DNA of 64,000 nucleotides from a virus (Duplodnaviria > Heunggongvirae > Uroviricota > Caudoviricetes). The notes under the pieces were generated by a model, which was given only the letters and a program-made list of their open reading frames with translations, did not search any database and was not told where the DNA came from. The DNA lies in the IMG/VR virus record IMGVR_UViG_3300009095_001812, positions 56,990 through 120,989 of that record. The stretch is one strand, 5' to 3'. The translations under genes and the position numbers were made by a program. Every line of letters begins with the position of its first letter. Positions within the stretch are counted from its first letter, which is position 1. This document shows positions 9,632 through 19,069 of this stretch, in pieces.

Positions 9632-10501
9632 CATTGTCTCATAAGCTGTGTGATATGAAACCCGATGGAACAACCCATTGGGTTTTTGTATTTCTCCATA
9701 CATCTCCTCTCTGTATGTATTGTAATCAAACTGATTGAAGTTTCGGATACGCTCGGCTAAAGTGTCAATTTGAAACTGGGCATTAGGCGGAACCTTAACG
9801 TATTTTCTAAGGTCAATCATTGTCTTGTTGCCCATACCAAAATCTTCGACATTATGACAGCCGATGTATAAAGGAACGCAACCAGAGATTAGGACATGAG
9901 GAAGCTTTTCGGTAAGGTAATTCCTGGAGTACAAAGGATCATATGTGTTCTCAGAACAAATTGAAAACCGAGCCTTTCTAAGAATGTTGTATTTATCTCC
10001 AATAGAGCCAACAAAGTATGGTTTACGCATCTTTTGCTGACCATACCAAGATATCTTGAAACCTCTTTGGTAAAGCTCATCTGCAAGTTTCTCTCGAAGA
10101 GAATAAATTGAAGCTTCATGAGATGATTTTTTTGGGTTTGCGATGATTATAATTTCATCATTACGTTCGTCCCAAGACGGGTTAGATTTTAGATTATCTA
10201 GTGTTGGATCGTATAATATAGATGGGAAATCAATCTTGACAATGTTAGGTAAATCGAAGCCCTCATACCATGTAAAAACCTTGTGAAACCCTCTTACATT
10301 TTCAGGATTAAAATCCTGAGGTCTGACAACTATCGGCTCTTGCATAAAGAAGCAATCACTTCCTTGAGGCTCTATTATTTGCGTGAATACATTGAATTTA
10401 TTAGGATCTCTTTGATTCCATACATGAACCGCTCCTAGTGCGCTTTTGTGGTGTTCGCTTGGAGGTCCAGAATGACCGCTATAAACTATATTTATGTCCA
10501 T
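9611..10501 (-). CDS. GT10-family glycosyltransferase (paralog of 7960-8865)
   Basis: DKYNILRKARFSICSEN...NYLTEKLPHVLISGCVPLYIG; start ATG 10501 with AAGGA RBS. Confidence 0.75.
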   Translation of the reverse strand: MDINIVYSGHSGPPSEHHKSALGAVHVWNQRDPNKFNVFTQIIEPQGSDCFFMQEPIVVRPQDFNPENVRGFHKVFTWYEGFDLPNIVKIDFPSILYDPTLDNLKSNPSWDERNDEIIIIANPKKSSHEASIYSLREKLADELYQRGFKISWYGQQKMRKPYFVGSIGDKYNILRKARFSICSENTYDPLYSRNYLTEKLPHVLISGCVPLYIGCHNVEDFGMGNKTMIDLRKYVKVPPNAQFQIDTLAERIRNFNQFDYNTYREEMYGEIQKPNGLFHRVSYHTAYETMLRTLNQ

Positions 10502-10534
10502 ACTTTCCTTTTGAGATATATAACAAAACTGATT

Positions 10535-10588
10535 ATGACTGTAACATTTAAACAGCTTGGAAAGTATGGAAGAAAAACTGATTTTTGA
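10535..10588 (+). pseudogene. Orphan N-terminal stump of GT11 fucosyltransferase (MTVTFKQLGKYGR-KTDF*)
   Basis: Near-identical to MIVTFKELGKYG at 11504; matches the GT11 N-terminal LGxxGRxGN region. Confidence 0.8.
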
Positions 10589-11507
10589 AATTTGGAATAA
10601 ACACTCTAGTGGGAAATCTGTCGCCAGTCTTGCAAAAGAGTATGGTATACATAGAAGTACTATTTTTATGGGTTTCAAAAAACATAATCTAAAAACACTA
10701 AGGAAAAATGATATTTACAATGAAATGTTTTCAAATCAAATATTGAAAATGTATACTGATGGATATTCGATGAATCGAATATCTAGTTATTTTGGAATTT
10801 CAACAAGAATTATTCATTCAATATTGCACAGTAATAACATCACTATAAAAAAACTATGGGAATATGATTCATATCAAAAACACAATATAAATGAGTTATT
10901 TGATAAAATTGATACTCCGGAAAAAGCTTATTTTTTAGGATTTTTATATGCTGATGGTAATGTTAATAAAAATTTGAATCAAGTAACATTAAAATTGAAA
11001 GAATCAGATATTCATATATTAAATGATATTAAAAAAACATTTGAAATTGGGAACAAGTTATATTTTGATCGGCCTGCAAATATAAATGCAGAAAATCAAT
11101 ATTCTTTGAAAATCATTAATAAGAAAATTCGAGATAATTTTGTAAAACATGGAGTAATTCCAAGAAAAACCTGGAAACTAAGTTATCCGTTTTGGTTGGA
11201 AAAACATTTACATTCTCATTTTGTTCGTGGTTATTTTGATGGTGATGGTTGTTTATCAATTGATTACAAAAGAAACAATGCTACTATTTCTATTTGTGGA
11301 ACATGGCAAATGTGTTCAGATTTAAAATTTATATTTGAAAATTATGTTGGAGTCAAATCTGTGATATCATCAGATAGAAAAATATTTAGGATAAGAATTA
11401 GAAGATATAGTAGTGTACTGGATACATGCGCCTGGATGTATAAAGGGGCCAATTTGAAGTTAAATCGAAAATATGAAAAATATCAATGTGTTATGGAGAT
11501 GAAATGA
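10566..11507 (+). CDS. Free-standing LAGLIDADG homing endonuclease with N-terminal HTH repeats
   Basis: AYFLGFLYADG and HFVRGYFDGDG motifs; the ATG lies inside the stump (t|ATG GAA GA). Confidence 0.9.
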   Translation: MEEKLIFEIWNKHSSGKSVASLAKEYGIHRSTIFMGFKKHNLKTLRKNDIYNEMFSNQILKMYTDGYSMNRISSYFGISTRIIHSILHSNNITIKKLWEYDSYQKHNINELFDKIDTPEKAYFLGFLYADGNVNKNLNQVTLKLKESDIHILNDIKKTFEIGNKLYFDRPANINAENQYSLKIINKKIRDNFVKHGVIPRKTWKLSYPFWLEKHLHSHFVRGYFDGDGCLSIDYKRNNATISICGTWQMCSDLKFIFENYVGVKSVISSDRKIFRIRIRRYSSVLDTCAWMYKGANLKLNRKYEKYQCVMEMK

Positions 11508-12255
11508 TTGTAACATTTAAAGAATTGGGAAAATATGGCAGTTGATGGGTAATGGCCTTTTTCAAATAGCCGCAACTATTGGGTATGCAAAGAAGCACAA
11601 TGTTAATTGTGTGCTCCCAAAATGGGAGCACACTCATGCTTTTCAGTTACCTCTAGATATGTTCAAGGACTTGAATACTATCAAAAGTACGACAAATTAT
11701 GAAGAGCCTAGATTTGCCTATTCTGAAATTCCTTTCAAACAGAATTGTAACTTACATGGGTATTTTCAAAGCTGGAGGTATTTTGGACATTGCGAGGAAT
11801 ACATTCGACATGTCCTAGCTCCCAATCATAAAACTTACAGTACAGAAAACTTTTCCGGGGTTTGTTCTATTCATGTAAGGAGAACGGATTATCTAAAATT
11901 TCCAGATCATCATCCAACACTGGATATGCAGTACTATGAAGCGGCAATGGATAGGGTTCCGGTATCTGATTTTATTGTATTCTCTGATGATATAGAGTGG
12001 TGTAAGAGTAATTTCAAGAACAGGAATGGAAAGAACATCGTAATTCAAAGTGCAAATGATCATTATACTGATTTTAGCCTTATGACATCAATGGAGCATT
12101 CAATTATTGCGAATTCATCCTTTTCCTGGTGGACAGCGTGGCTGGGCATCTCTTTGGATAAGGTTGTGATTGCTCCAAAAAATTGGTTTGGACCAGCTCT
12201 GAAGTCAACTCATCCTATAGATGACTTGATTCCTCCAGAGTGGATTTTGATTTAA
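11504..12255 (+). CDS. Alpha-1,2-fucosyltransferase (GT11), split in two frames: 11504-11545 (MIVTFKELGKYGS*) and 11545-12255 (MGNGLFQ...)
   Basis: GNGLFQIAA, GYFQSWRYF, SIHVRRTDY, FSDDIEWC and IIANSSFSWW GT11 motifs; TGATG overlap at 11543-11547. Confidence 0.85.
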
Positions 12256-12266
12256 GGTGAGGTGTT

Positions 12267-13247
12267 ATGGTAAGGGTTATGTATGCACCATTGAATTTTG
12301 GAGATATCGTTCAAGATGGCGTTTATGACGCTTTCGAACAGGCTGGTTGTGAATTGAAAGTATTTGACTACATGACTAAGTATGTTCATACAAAAAACAA
12401 CAGAAAAATTCGAACCGATTTCGTCACTGAGGTAAAGAATTTTCAACCTGATATGTTGTTTCTTCAGATTCAGCACACATCGGTAATTGATGCTAACACC
12501 ATCTCTGATGCAAAGCGAGCCTGTCCTAAGGTCAAGGTGGTGAATTGGACTGGTGATGTGCGTAATAATGTACCTCACACATACAGAAAGATTGGTACTG
12601 TTTCTGATTACAATCTAATTTCAAGTACTGGTCAGCTCAATATGTTTAGGCAGGCTATGCAAAATGTAGATTATCTACAAATAGGATACAATCCTAAACT
12701 ATATTTTCCACCAGAAACGCAGAGAGTAACATTCAAAAATGATGCTCTTTTCATTGGACATTATAATACAAGGGAAAGCTATCCCGGAACAGAGGCTCGT
12801 TTAAGAGCGTGTAAATTGTTGAGGGCTAGATTTGGTGAGCGTTTTGCTCTTTATGGTTTTGGGTGGCCAAAAGAAATCAAAACACTCGGCTCAATCAACC
12901 AAAGGCATGTTGCCTCAGAGTATCAAAACTCGGTATGTTCAATTTCTGTATCACACTATAATGAGATTGATCATTATTTCTCTGATCGGCTCTTAATGTG
13001 TTTGGCTTCTGGAAGGCCGTGTGTTGTTTTAGCATTCCCAAAATGGGAATCTTATTTCACAAATATGTCTGATCTCGTTATAGTGGACTCAGTAAACGAG
13101 ATCCCAGATGCTGTAGATATGCTTAAATCGAATCCTGAGTTGGCAAATTTTATAGGTGAACAGGGCGCAGCAAAGGTATTGGCTGAACATACTTATTACA
13201 GTAGAATTAAAGAGCTTTTAAATATGGTTGGTCTAAACGGAGAATGA
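12267..13247 (+). CDS. CgeB-like glycosyltransferase (GT-B, spore-maturation type)
   Basis: NWTGD, GYNPKLY and YFSDRL...LASGR...HTYYSRIKELL motifs. Confidence 0.75.
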   Translation: MVRVMYAPLNFGDIVQDGVYDAFEQAGCELKVFDYMTKYVHTKNNRKIRTDFVTEVKNFQPDMLFLQIQHTSVIDANTISDAKRACPKVKVVNWTGDVRNNVPHTYRKIGTVSDYNLISSTGQLNMFRQAMQNVDYLQIGYNPKLYFPPETQRVTFKNDALFIGHYNTRESYPGTEARLRACKLLRARFGERFALYGFGWPKEIKTLGSINQRHVASEYQNSVCSISVSHYNEIDHYFSDRLLMCLASGRPCVVLAFPKWESYFTNMSDLVIVDSVNEIPDAVDMLKSNPELANFIGEQGAAKVLAEHTYYSRIKELLNMVGLNGE

Positions 13248-13331
13248 AGAGATACATTCAATATTACCTGGTATGGTTGAGTTAAATAAAATAGCAAAAT
13301 GGAATATTGATGTTTTGCTACAAAGGATAAT

Positions 13332-13898
13332 ATGACAATTTCACGAGAAGTTTTAAAAAAATATAGTAAATTTTCTGATGTTTTTATAGAAACAGGAACC
13401 CATATTGGAAACACAACACAAATGGCTTTTGATGTTGGGTTTAAAAAGGTATACACAATAGAATTATCAAAGCACTTTTATGATGAGGCTTTGAAAAGAT
13501 TTTCATCAAATGAAAATATAATTTGTATCTTAGGAGATAGTACAGAAAAGCTTGAAGAAATACTTAATGAACTTGATGTTCCTGCTGTTTTTTGGTTAGA
13601 TGGACATTGGAGCATGGGAAATACAGCAAAGGGTAATAAAGCTGTCCCTATACTCGAAGAACTAGAGGTTATAAAGAAACATCACATAAAGAATCATGTA
13701 ATTTTAATTGATGATTTAAGACTTATGGGAAATATAGAAGAACCTATAAAAGAGTGGAGTTCTATATCGTTAGAAGATGTTAAAAATAAATGTTTGGAAA
13801 TCAATTCGGATTACAAATTTTCTTTAGAAAATGGTCATGTACCTAACGATATATTGGTGGTTAATTATGAGGGATGTATATCTGCTATCTTACCCTAG
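13332..13898 (+). CDS. Class I SAM-dependent methyltransferase-like protein
   Basis: FIETGT.IG, TIELS, GDSTE, FWLDGH and ILIDD motifs. Confidence 0.75.
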   Translation: MTISREVLKKYSKFSDVFIETGTHIGNTTQMAFDVGFKKVYTIELSKHFYDEALKRFSSNENIICILGDSTEKLEEILNELDVPAVFWLDGHWSMGNTAKGNKAVPILEELEVIKKHHIKNHVILIDDLRLMGNIEEPIKEWSSISLEDVKNKCLEINSDYKFSLENGHVPNDILVVNYEGCISAILP

Positions 13899-14535
13899 AT
13901 CGGGAAATTTTTGGACACGCTATATTATAGAGTTTATTTCAAAGAGGCCAACTCAGGGTTATGATTCTGAGTTAGATGGACCTATTGGGGCAAGACATAA
14001 TTTAGGTGTAGATCTTAGTGCCAAACCAATAGTTATAAAATCACATGCAGAAGTTGGTGGTCCCGATGATGGGATTATTATGATTTTAAGGGACTATAAA
14101 GAAGCTATTACAAGACATGCAAAGTCTAGTAACCTTAAAACGCCACAAGAACAGAAAGAGCATTTTATCCAAGAGACACAAGGAAGCTCCAACCAAGGGG
14201 TTGATTACATTTCTATAATTGAAACATATGATAAATTTCCAGGTAATAAAATGTTTATATACTATGAGGATCTTATTACAAATCCTGGAAAGGAAATCTC
14301 TAAAATTGTAAAATTCTTACAACTTGATGAGAAAAATTTGAGAGATTTTTTAAGTGAATACAGCATTCACCACGAAAGATCTGCCAGCTCTTATCATGCA
14401 GGGTCTTACACTAGAGGTAAAAACATACATTATCACATTTCTTCATTATCAAATGATTATATTTCATTTATGGATGATTATATAAAAAACCTTCATCCAA
14501 AAATATATGAACAGTATTTGAAGAGATATAGATAA
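13867..14535 (+). CDS. Sulfotransferase-domain protein
   Basis: LLSYPRSGNFW (5'-PSB loop), KSH, ILRD, YYEDL. Confidence 0.75.
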   Translation: MRDVYLLSYPRSGNFWTRYIIEFISKRPTQGYDSELDGPIGARHNLGVDLSAKPIVIKSHAEVGGPDDGIIMILRDYKEAITRHAKSSNLKTPQEQKEHFIQETQGSSNQGVDYISIIETYDKFPGNKMFIYYEDLITNPGKEISKIVKFLQLDEKNLRDFLSEYSIHHERSASSYHAGSYTRGKNIHYHISSLSNDYISFMDDYIKNLHPKIYEQYLKRYR

Positions 14536-14574
14536 GACGTATCGAGAAGACATAGAAAGATTTGGACTTAAAGT

Positions 14575-15192
14575 ATGCTTAGATTTATTGGTGATTCTCA
14601 TGTTTCTGTTTTTGGTGGGAAAGATTATATGCAACCCACATGGCCTAACATTATAGATTCTGGTGCTGATCCTTCTTCAATTAGACAGAATCTAATCAAA
14701 GATATTGAGCAGTATAGGCTTGGACCACAGACTGCATTTAACTTTCATAAAATTTTAGGTACAGTAAAGAATGTTCTTGATATTTGTGATATCGAAAATG
14801 ATACTATTTTCTTTTCGGCCGGAGAAATAGATATCAGAGAGCATATAATAAGGGTTGCAAACAAAGATAAAATATCAAATGAAACATCTGTAATAAATAC
14901 AGTTGATAGTTACTTTGGTTTTTTGGATAAAGTAAAGATTCTGGGATATAAAGTTGGTGTTTTAAGACCTCACTTGTCTTTTTGTGATTTATTAAATTCT
15001 GAAAAGAATGATGTTGCAAGTTTATTTAACCAATTATGTAAAGATTTATGTGTTCAAAATGGATATTATGATATAGGTGCGTCCGATTTTATTACACAGG
15101 ACGAATCTTTTTATTTTGATGGTCTACATTTGTCTCAAAAATGCATACCATTTTTTCTTGAACAACTAAAAAGCATTAATTTGTATGAATGA
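14575..15192 (+). CDS. SGNH/GDSL hydrolase-like protein
   Basis: FIGDSH N-terminal motif, GEIDIREH and C-terminal DGLH. Confidence 0.65.
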   Translation: MLRFIGDSHVSVFGGKDYMQPTWPNIIDSGADPSSIRQNLIKDIEQYRLGPQTAFNFHKILGTVKNVLDICDIENDTIFFSAGEIDIREHIIRVANKDKISNETSVINTVDSYFGFLDKVKILGYKVGVLRPHLSFCDLLNSEKNDVASLFNQLCKDLCVQNGYYDIGASDFITQDESFYFDGLHLSQKCIPFFLEQLKSINLYE

Positions 15193-15934
15193 TTTTCATG
15201 TTTCGTTTGGAATCATCACTTATTCGAAAGATGGGGTGAGTGATCATTTACTAAATGTAGTTTCTTCTATTCGTAATCTTAAAATTCCAAAATATGAAAT
15301 AATAATTGTTGGAACTAAACATACGATTATCAAATCTATCTCAGGAGATGATGTTGTAGTTGTTGATTTTGATGAAGATCGAAAGAAAGCGTGGATAACA
15401 AGAAAGAAAAATCTTATAACTCAAATTGCGAAGTACGAAAATATAGTTTACCAGCACGATTACATTATTTATGATGACAATTGGTATGAATCGTGGAGAA
15501 ATTTTGGTAATTACGCAATAGGTATGAATAGAATTTTCAATGTTGATGGCTCTAGATATAGAGATTGGTTGTTGTTCCCTAATGGAGGCTTGATAGAGAG
15601 GGTTAAAAGACTCTCTGGGTACATAGATGAAGAGAGGGGGTGTTTGCTACCATACGATGAAACAGGAATGAGCAAACTTATGTATATCTCAGGTTCTTGG
15701 TGGATTGCTAAGAAGCATGTGATGCAAGAATTTCCATTAAATGAATCTTTGAGCTGGGGTCACGGAGAGGATGTTGAGTGGTCTTATAATGTAAGAAATA
15801 AATACAAGTTTTCCATAAATGAATCAGCATCTGTACGCTTATTGAAACATAATGGTGTAGTTTTTGCCCCAATTAGAGCAGAGGTTCTAGCTAAAATGCG
15901 TGAATTTCTGATCAGTAAAAACATGTATGGATAG
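15185..15934 (+). CDS. Glycosyltransferase, GT2-like
   Basis: YEIIIVG, VYQHDYI and WGHGEDVEWS motifs. Confidence 0.7.
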   Translation: MNDFHVSFGIITYSKDGVSDHLLNVVSSIRNLKIPKYEIIIVGTKHTIIKSISGDDVVVVDFDEDRKKAWITRKKNLITQIAKYENIVYQHDYIIYDDNWYESWRNFGNYAIGMNRIFNVDGSRYRDWLLFPNGGLIERVKRLSGYIDEERGCLLPYDETGMSKLMYISGSWWIAKKHVMQEFPLNESLSWGHGEDVEWSYNVRNKYKFSINESASVRLLKHNGVVFAPIRAEVLAKMREFLISKNMYG

Positions 15935-15936
15935 TT

Positions 15937-16560
15937 ATGGTTCGATGTGTTCTTTTTGATTTGGATGGTGTTCTAGTTGAAGCAAGAGATTGGCATTATC
16001 ATGCTTTAAATAAAGCTCTAATGAATGTTTCGGGTACAGAGATATCTCTTGATGAACACTTGACATCTTTTAATGGTCTGCCCACGGCGAAAAAGCTGGA
16101 TATGCTTGAGAATATGGGCAGGCTTAAAGAGGAACATAAAGATAGAATCTGGAAACTCAAACAAGATTTTACTATTGAGACCATAAAGGAAATGGGTCAT
16201 GTTGATGATGAGAAAGTCAGCATGATGAGCTATTTAAAAGAAAGACAAATAAAGATTGCCTGCGTTACTAACTCAATTAGAAAAACTGCATCTTTGATGT
16301 TAGAGGTAACTGGTCAGTTGGAATTTGTTGACCTTCTTGTTTCTAATGAGGATGTGAAAAAACCAAAACCAGACCCAGAGGGATACGTCAATGCACTAAA
16401 TGTTTTTGGTTGCTTACCTCATAATGCGTTAATTGTGGAAGATTCTGAATACGGTTTGGAAGCCGCTTCTAAAACCGGTGCAAGAATCATGAAAGTTAGT
16501 TGTGCAGAGGATGTAACAAAGGATGCTGTCAAAAGATGCTTGGAGAAATATGAATTTTGA
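15937..16560 (+). CDS. HAD-superfamily phosphatase
   Basis: LFDLDGVL, VTNS, KPKPDPEGY and VEDS motifs. Confidence 0.9.
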   Translation: MVRCVLFDLDGVLVEARDWHYHALNKALMNVSGTEISLDEHLTSFNGLPTAKKLDMLENMGRLKEEHKDRIWKLKQDFTIETIKEMGHVDDEKVSMMSYLKERQIKIACVTNSIRKTASLMLEVTGQLEFVDLLVSNEDVKKPKPDPEGYVNALNVFGCLPHNALIVEDSEYGLEAASKTGARIMKVSCAEDVTKDAVKRCLEKYEF

Positions 16561-17266
16561 TCTAGAAAGAATACTTACACAGGATATTGTTCCAACCCTC
16601 ACTGATATGAAGAACAACCAGTATGCTTTCTGGGATGCCTTCAAGTATGCGCATGAGAATGGAACTCCAATCAAGACAATCTTGGAGCTTGGAGTGATGA
16701 GAATTATTCCTGGGGCTTTTCCTCCTGATTATCCTGGTCAAACAACAAAGATGTTTATGGCCTTGCTTCATGAGTATGGAGCAGAGAAGCATATTTCCTT
16801 GGATTTGGATAAAGAATGTAAAGGAACCATTGATCGTTGTAAGCTTTGGATGGCAAATCATGGTTTGACAGTTACAAATCATGAGTTTGTTGTATCAAAT
16901 TCTGTTAAGTTTGATGTGCGTAGTCATTTTTCAGAAGGTGTGGACTTGATCTTGCTCGATACCAATCACGATCATGATTACCCAGAAAAAACCCTAGGAT
17001 TTAAGGGAACTGGTGGTGCTGGAATGACTTACAAAGAGATTTGTTATTATGCTCCACATCTATCAGAGAATGGGCGGTTGTTTTTACATGACACTAAGAT
17101 GTATTACGTTCCAAGAGGATATGGGGTTAATACAGAAGGTGCGATTCAAAGATTCATAGATGAAAATCCAGATTTTGAGTTCTATGAGCATGCAAAAAAC
17201 AATATAGGTCTTGGTGAGATTTATAGAAAAGGTTCAAATGTCGCAAAGCAATACAAGAAAAGTTAA
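16550..17266 (+). CDS. Class I SAM-dependent methyltransferase (Methyltransf_24-like)
   Basis: ILELGV, SLDLD, DLILLDTNH and LFLHDT motifs. Confidence 0.7.
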   Translation: MNFDLERILTQDIVPTLTDMKNNQYAFWDAFKYAHENGTPIKTILELGVMRIIPGAFPPDYPGQTTKMFMALLHEYGAEKHISLDLDKECKGTIDRCKLWMANHGLTVTNHEFVVSNSVKFDVRSHFSEGVDLILLDTNHDHDYPEKTLGFKGTGGAGMTYKEICYYAPHLSENGRLFLHDTKMYYVPRGYGVNTEGAIQRFIDENPDFEFYEHAKNNIGLGEIYRKGSNVAKQYKKS

Positions 17267-18200
17267 TATTGTATACTTACCACATAGAAGACTTGAATTT
17301 AGCTCCAGCCTATTAAATATACTGTCTAGAGCAGACAAATCAAAATTTCATCTAAGCATTATGATCTATGGTGAGCGTATAGATCAATTTAAACTAATGT
17401 TAGAGACGGCTCAATCCTATGGAATATCGGCTAGCATTGAAGTTGCGTGTCATACGAACATAAAAAATTATTTACACAAAACAGTGCATGCTACTAACAT
17501 GCCGTATGAGTATTCTATAAAACTTGATGAGGATATTTTTCTTTCTCATCATGTTTTTAACTTTTTATTTACCAAAGGTTGTGAATTTTTAGATGATTCT
17601 CAAAATCTATTCGTTACTCCTGCGTTATCTAATGGAATTCCGTCTATACAAAATTTTATGGATTCGTATTTGATGGATGATGAAAAGAGAGCGTTGGTTG
17701 ATGTGTTTTCCAAATCAAAAATTCCCAAAAGACTATGGGGAGTGAATTGGGAAAATGAGCAGCATGTTTTGGATGGAGGGTATAATCACGATTCTTGGTT
17801 CAATACGGTGGCAAGGAATCCACACTACTACAAAGGCCTTCATCCGGTTCGTTATGATTGGGATTCACAATTAATGATGAACGAATTTGTGAAAAAGTAT
17901 ATTGGTATGTTTAATGATCCGGTTGATTTTACTATTGATGAAATCACTCGTCCATATTTTTGTAACTCTGTATTTTTAATAAAGACATCTGAATGGAAGA
18001 GCATAATAAATGACAAGTCTCTGTTTGTTGATGATTTTGAAGAAGTACCACTCAACAGGTACTGGAAAAACACACAAAAGAAAGCTTTATGTCTAACTAA
18101 TTCTTTTGGTATACATACAATGTATAACACCTTGGAAGATGTTCCTAAAAGAGATGCCGCAGAGCATGCATTTTACAGATCTATAAAGGATTCTCTATGA
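17238..18200 (+). CDS. Hypothetical protein, possible GT-A fold
   Basis: SIKLDEDIFL DxD-like motif; glycan-cluster context. Confidence 0.45.
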   Translation: MSQSNTRKVNIVYLPHRRLEFSSSLLNILSRADKSKFHLSIMIYGERIDQFKLMLETAQSYGISASIEVACHTNIKNYLHKTVHATNMPYEYSIKLDEDIFLSHHVFNFLFTKGCEFLDDSQNLFVTPALSNGIPSIQNFMDSYLMDDEKRALVDVFSKSKIPKRLWGVNWENEQHVLDGGYNHDSWFNTVARNPHYYKGLHPVRYDWDSQLMMNEFVKKYIGMFNDPVDFTIDEITRPYFCNSVFLIKTSEWKSIINDKSLFVDDFEEVPLNRYWKNTQKKALCLTNSFGIHTMYNTLEDVPKRDAAEHAFYRSIKDSL

Positions 18201-19069
18201 AGACGGCTGGTGTTATTGGTGTGCTCGGATCAAAACGCCAGAACGAGTGTTTTTGGCCAACCTACAAAGCAAAAAACGCCGGGGTTGATCATGACTTGAT
18301 TGTGGTAAATAGGGGGATGGTCGGTGTTCCCGAGAGCGCTTCATCTCAATCCGGAGATACTATCTTCGAGGATAAAATGAAGCTTGTTGATGGCGGAGAG
18401 CTTCCTTATAAAGCGTTTGGCGCTTATAGATACTTTGGACTCAAGTATGCAGATCGGTATGAGTACTTAGCTTTCGTTTCTGATGATGTTTTGTTTCAGG
18501 TAGATGGATGGTTATTGGAAGCTATAGAAATGCTTTCAAAGTTTGACAAGCTTGGGGTTGTTGGAACTCAGATATTTAACGGTGAACGTGGAGAGTACCC
18601 ACATCCATCTCATATAAGAGCGCCTATTTGGTTTGCAAAGACATCTGCGCTCAAGAAACTAAACTGGGAGTTTAGTTCCGATCATGACGGGGAGATGACT
18701 CTAGCTCCAACGTTCCTTAGAGCTGGGTATTTTGCAGCCCAAGTTGGGAACAAGATTGACATAGCTTATGACGCCCTAGAAGCGGGTCAGTTCGGGATAG
18801 GAGATCATATCTCCGCTATATTTTCAAAGGAAATTTCTTTTGATATCAATAGAAGAAATGAAATAAATAAAACCTTGTTTGGTAAGTTGATAGATGGTGA
18901 AGATGTTGATTTAGTAACATCACCATACAAACATATAGGTAAAAGAAAAGTGGTTTCTCAAATTCAACCATTCAATGGTCTTGTTATAGATACAGGGTTA
19001 GATTTGGCGAATGGTTATTATAATTCATTCAATTTTAATATTCATATACTAAAAGGTTACTGTGATTAA
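18197..19069 (+). CDS. Hypothetical protein, possible GT-A fold
   Basis: FVSDDVLF followed by GWLL...LGVVG, typical of GT2-like proteins. Confidence 0.5.
   Translation: MKTAGVIGVLGSKRQNECFWPTYKAKNAGVDHDLIVVNRGMVGVPESASSQSGDTIFEDKMKLVDGGELPYKAFGAYRYFGLKYADRYEYLAFVSDDVLFQVDGWLLEAIEMLSKFDKLGVVGTQIFNGERGEYPHPSHIRAPIWFAKTSALKKLNWEFSSDHDGEMTLAPTFLRAGYFAAQVGNKIDIAYDALEAGQFGIGDHISAIFSKEISFDINRRNEINKTLFGKLIDGEDVDLVTSPYKHIGKRKVVSQIQPFNGLVIDTGLDLANGYYNSFNFNIHILKGYCD

Noticed and set aside
10574-11544. Group I intron interpretation of the LAGLIDADG insert (ends in G before ATGGGT)
   Set aside because: The ORF and duplicated N-terminus fill the whole insert, leaving no room for a P3-P9 core, and the upstream exon would end in A rather than U.
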